A stretch of DNA of 60,522 nt, filler included. It is 5 parts of 5 records of this genome, joined end to end, with 100 filler letters (N's around TTAATTAATTAA, not from the genome) between each part and the next. Parts side by side here need not be neighbours in the genome. Positions count along the whole stretch, not along the records: positions 53,585 to 60,522 come from SRR31156797_5655; 4 more parts are not named here. One strand, written 5' to 3'. Shown piece by piece: positions 59,501 to 60,522 of the stretch. Made by a program: the position numbers and the translations under genes. Under the pieces are notes generated by a model. It searched no databases. It saw only the letters and a program-made list of their open reading frames with translations, and was not told where the DNA came from. The number at the start of each line of letters is the position of its first letter. Position 1 is the first letter of the stretch.

Positions 59501-60521
59501 TGAAACGAAACTCCCCCCGGCATGATCCGTCCAGGCCGTATACTTCCAGATTGAATTGGCGTACGATGAAAATTTCTTTTCCGGAAGTGCTGAACACGCC
59601 GGTCTCTAATCGCCTCGAGGCCCTTCCGGAACAGCCGTTCAACTCAATTGTCTCCAGGGATTCGTTGTTCAGCAAATAGGCTTTCCCCGGGACGGAACTC
59701 CCATCTTTGGACCGCCTTGTTAGGGAAAGGGCATATTTCCCGTCCGGACTGAGCTTGCTGTATAAACCCAACCGGCGGAATCTGGGGGCAAGGTAAGCGG
59801 CTCCTTTCCCGGAAAGTTCCATTTCAATTTTATTGTTTTCCTTGTGAAGAATAAGCGTTTTGTAGGCGCTTCGCAAGGCCAGTTCCGCGCTTTCCGACTG
59901 CTGTCGGCGTACCGCGTCCGCGCTTGTCAACGGACAGAGCCGTTTGGCTTCCAGGGCATCGAAAAAGGATTGAGCCGGGTTACGGTAGACATTTTCAAAA
60001 GCGGTTGCGATCATCCGCTGAAATCTCGCCTGAATTCCAGCTTGCCTGTCCCGCCGGGAGGCGACCACAGAGTACACGGTAAGGGAGACAAGTAAGAGAA
60101 TTACGGAAAGAACGGTCATTACGAGCTTCTTCGTTTTTCCCATCTGAGCAACCTCTTCGCTGATTATATTATCCCTCGATTTTCCATGGAGGGTCGCTGC
60201 GAAGGTGGCCACCTCCTCCTTGAACCCACTATTCTTATTTGACAGATCCTTTTCCGAACGGAATTTTCGCAGATCGACATATTTGGGCGCCGCGCAATAC
60301 TGGCCTTTGAAGACTTCCGGAAGAGCGCTTGTCGTTTGCCAATCGAAATCTTCCGCTTCCCCCGGCGAAATATCTGAGGAACCTGCGCTATCCGGCCAAT
60401 GGATTCGACCATCCGTCAAAACCAGGATCAAATTCTCCTTAGACCGGTTTTTTAACCAATACTCCGTTTCCTTCCGGACCCATTTGGAATCAGCAGCCTC
60501 GGGAGAAGCCAGTAAAATGAA
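56586..60521 (-). CDS. TIR domain-TM-WD40/beta-propeller-HEAT repeat protein (5'-truncated)
   Basis: Frame open to the window end: FILLASPEAADSKWVRKETEYWL (TIR betaC-alphaC); one TM; WD-like LLTISDDQTVNVW; C-terminal HEAT repeats (ARKAVIRALGSIG). Confidence 0.82.
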   Translation of the reverse strand, partial: FILLASPEAADSKWVRKETEYWLKNRSKENLILVLTDGRIHWPDSAGSSDISPGEAEDFDWQTTSALPEVFKGQYCAAPKYVDLRKFRSEKDLSNKNSGFKEEVATFAATLHGKSRDNIISEEVAQMGKTKKLVMTVLSVILLLVSLTVYSVVASRRDRQAGIQARFQRMIATAFENVYRNPAQSFFDALEAKRLCPLTSADAVRRQQSESAELALRSAYKTLILHKENNKIEMELSGKGAAYLAPRFRRLGLYSKLSPDGKYALSLTRRSKDGSSVPGKAYLLNNESLETIELNGCSGRASRRLETGVFSTSGKEIFIVRQFNLEVYGLDGSCRGEFRFSRFTKAPVHTVAGYLGDYIIGGDGTGGVWLVAPKTGKSLTFMGEWAGDPLIRSVTDASGKYAVVVLESGKAFFLTLDESEELVAKELSSGGVSNAVFSHALRNPYFLTMGEKGRVQLWQALDTGPVNVKTLKHGNQFVHYGSFSKDHEHLLTISDDQTVNVWKTDATHVDTIERNSQIDWVALRGLPCTLFSPPAVRYPETGITLKPGEFKDWKELLVDGEKWLVRPGACPPAYRIENGTAIPYPDGETDIGFNTTEIVQGPGQFWLFRRGFLGSGRAYRIIGKRCIPFPSKDTNVYRILLKGNKAWLATEYGAYCAEGETYTRLTPPDLRVNDIFEIDERLWLATEDGAFRVEQDKAVRISGYMNVVEIKKAGGHVWFLTREDNELFASNGPLYRCSGGYHAVPALDHEIIVKQVQEIDGRAYLSTNHGGYIQEGDRFIKIEGCDLPGGRFEKHGDALWFLVDGLNRDLLFRIRDNKAELFPAPGDLAWDITDIGGKTWMKTVSRSADGYRDIAGPAYRLEDGGTVPYPTREALVSEIYGFGNQVWFSTRTEEGHAGPAYHIRNSGVEILPAENVRVESLHGAGGSIWMRVKKENYSSCVAVRIDGDALSVFDFGRNSVSDIQSSGGRVWFNMAKGSYRVDADTAIPSESAPLDWQANLLPYGRSSETEPSAGGAAVNAIVFQAGEIGNKQFPAAKAWRQILSGTWEKEAELREKEAERRKEKRALAALYTSVTEGLLADLKSPRPVVRRIGLERLFSISKMLAGENGIQRFWIKDLDMEALSKVISLQTIANVFEQPLWETIKDASWYNRWLSVKLLKYYRKQIDLPVNLLLDALFDGERMVRIEALRAIKVTPLPPSALRPLVQVLEAGDKDMGTDIVSVIASLKENAAPAIPSLLKFYDRGDMAARKAVIRALGSIGPEAKEGLGRLEACTRHENRKVRKMARQAIVKINIALERRTGQAPQPPESG

Positions 60522-60522
60522 A

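Noticed and set aside
1-60522. tRNA, rRNA, integrase or prophage genes
   Set aside because: None recognised by eye; a tRNAscan/Infernal run would be needed to exclude them formally.

Overview
This window is not one genomic locus. It holds five unrelated contigs joined by artificial 100-bp spacers (N44-TTAATTAATTAA-N44) at 7571-7670, 36465-36564, 42929-43028 and 53485-53584, so no gene linkage can be inferred across them. Contig 1 (1-7570) and contig 2 (7671-36464) look like Bacteroidota: TAnnTTTG promoters, rpmG-DUF4295-ftsY-rimO, and rpsL-rpsG-fusA-rpsJ without tuf. They carry carbohydrate and peptide genes, a trans-3-hydroxyproline dehydratase/reductase pair, a DtxR/MntR-controlled Tro-like metal ABC operon, two hybrid kinases and the str/S10 operon. 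Contig 3 (36565-42928) is Desulfobacterota-like, with a CoA-substrate activase, attC-like remnants and an AT-rich, archaeal-looking phosphoesterase gene. Contig 4 (43029-53484) has two tandem sCache chemoreceptors, ackA, and a coupled STM4015-STM4014-HAD-STM4013-STM4012-STM4011-like operon (LRR, ATP-grasp, HAD, AlkP-superfamily hydrolase, two radical SAM enzymes). Contig 5 (53585-60522) has a molybdopterin oxidoreductase fragment and a TIR-TM-propeller-HEAT protein followed by a Tat-signal LRR protein; the TIR domain lies upstream of the ORF-track start. The best leads are the TIR receptor/LRR pair, the HAD-expanded radical SAM operon, a structure-conserved GA-mismatch mini-hairpin array (20325-20524) and a structured RNA between twin promoters upstream of rpsL. 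Taxonomic and family calls come from motif recognition only; no searches were run.
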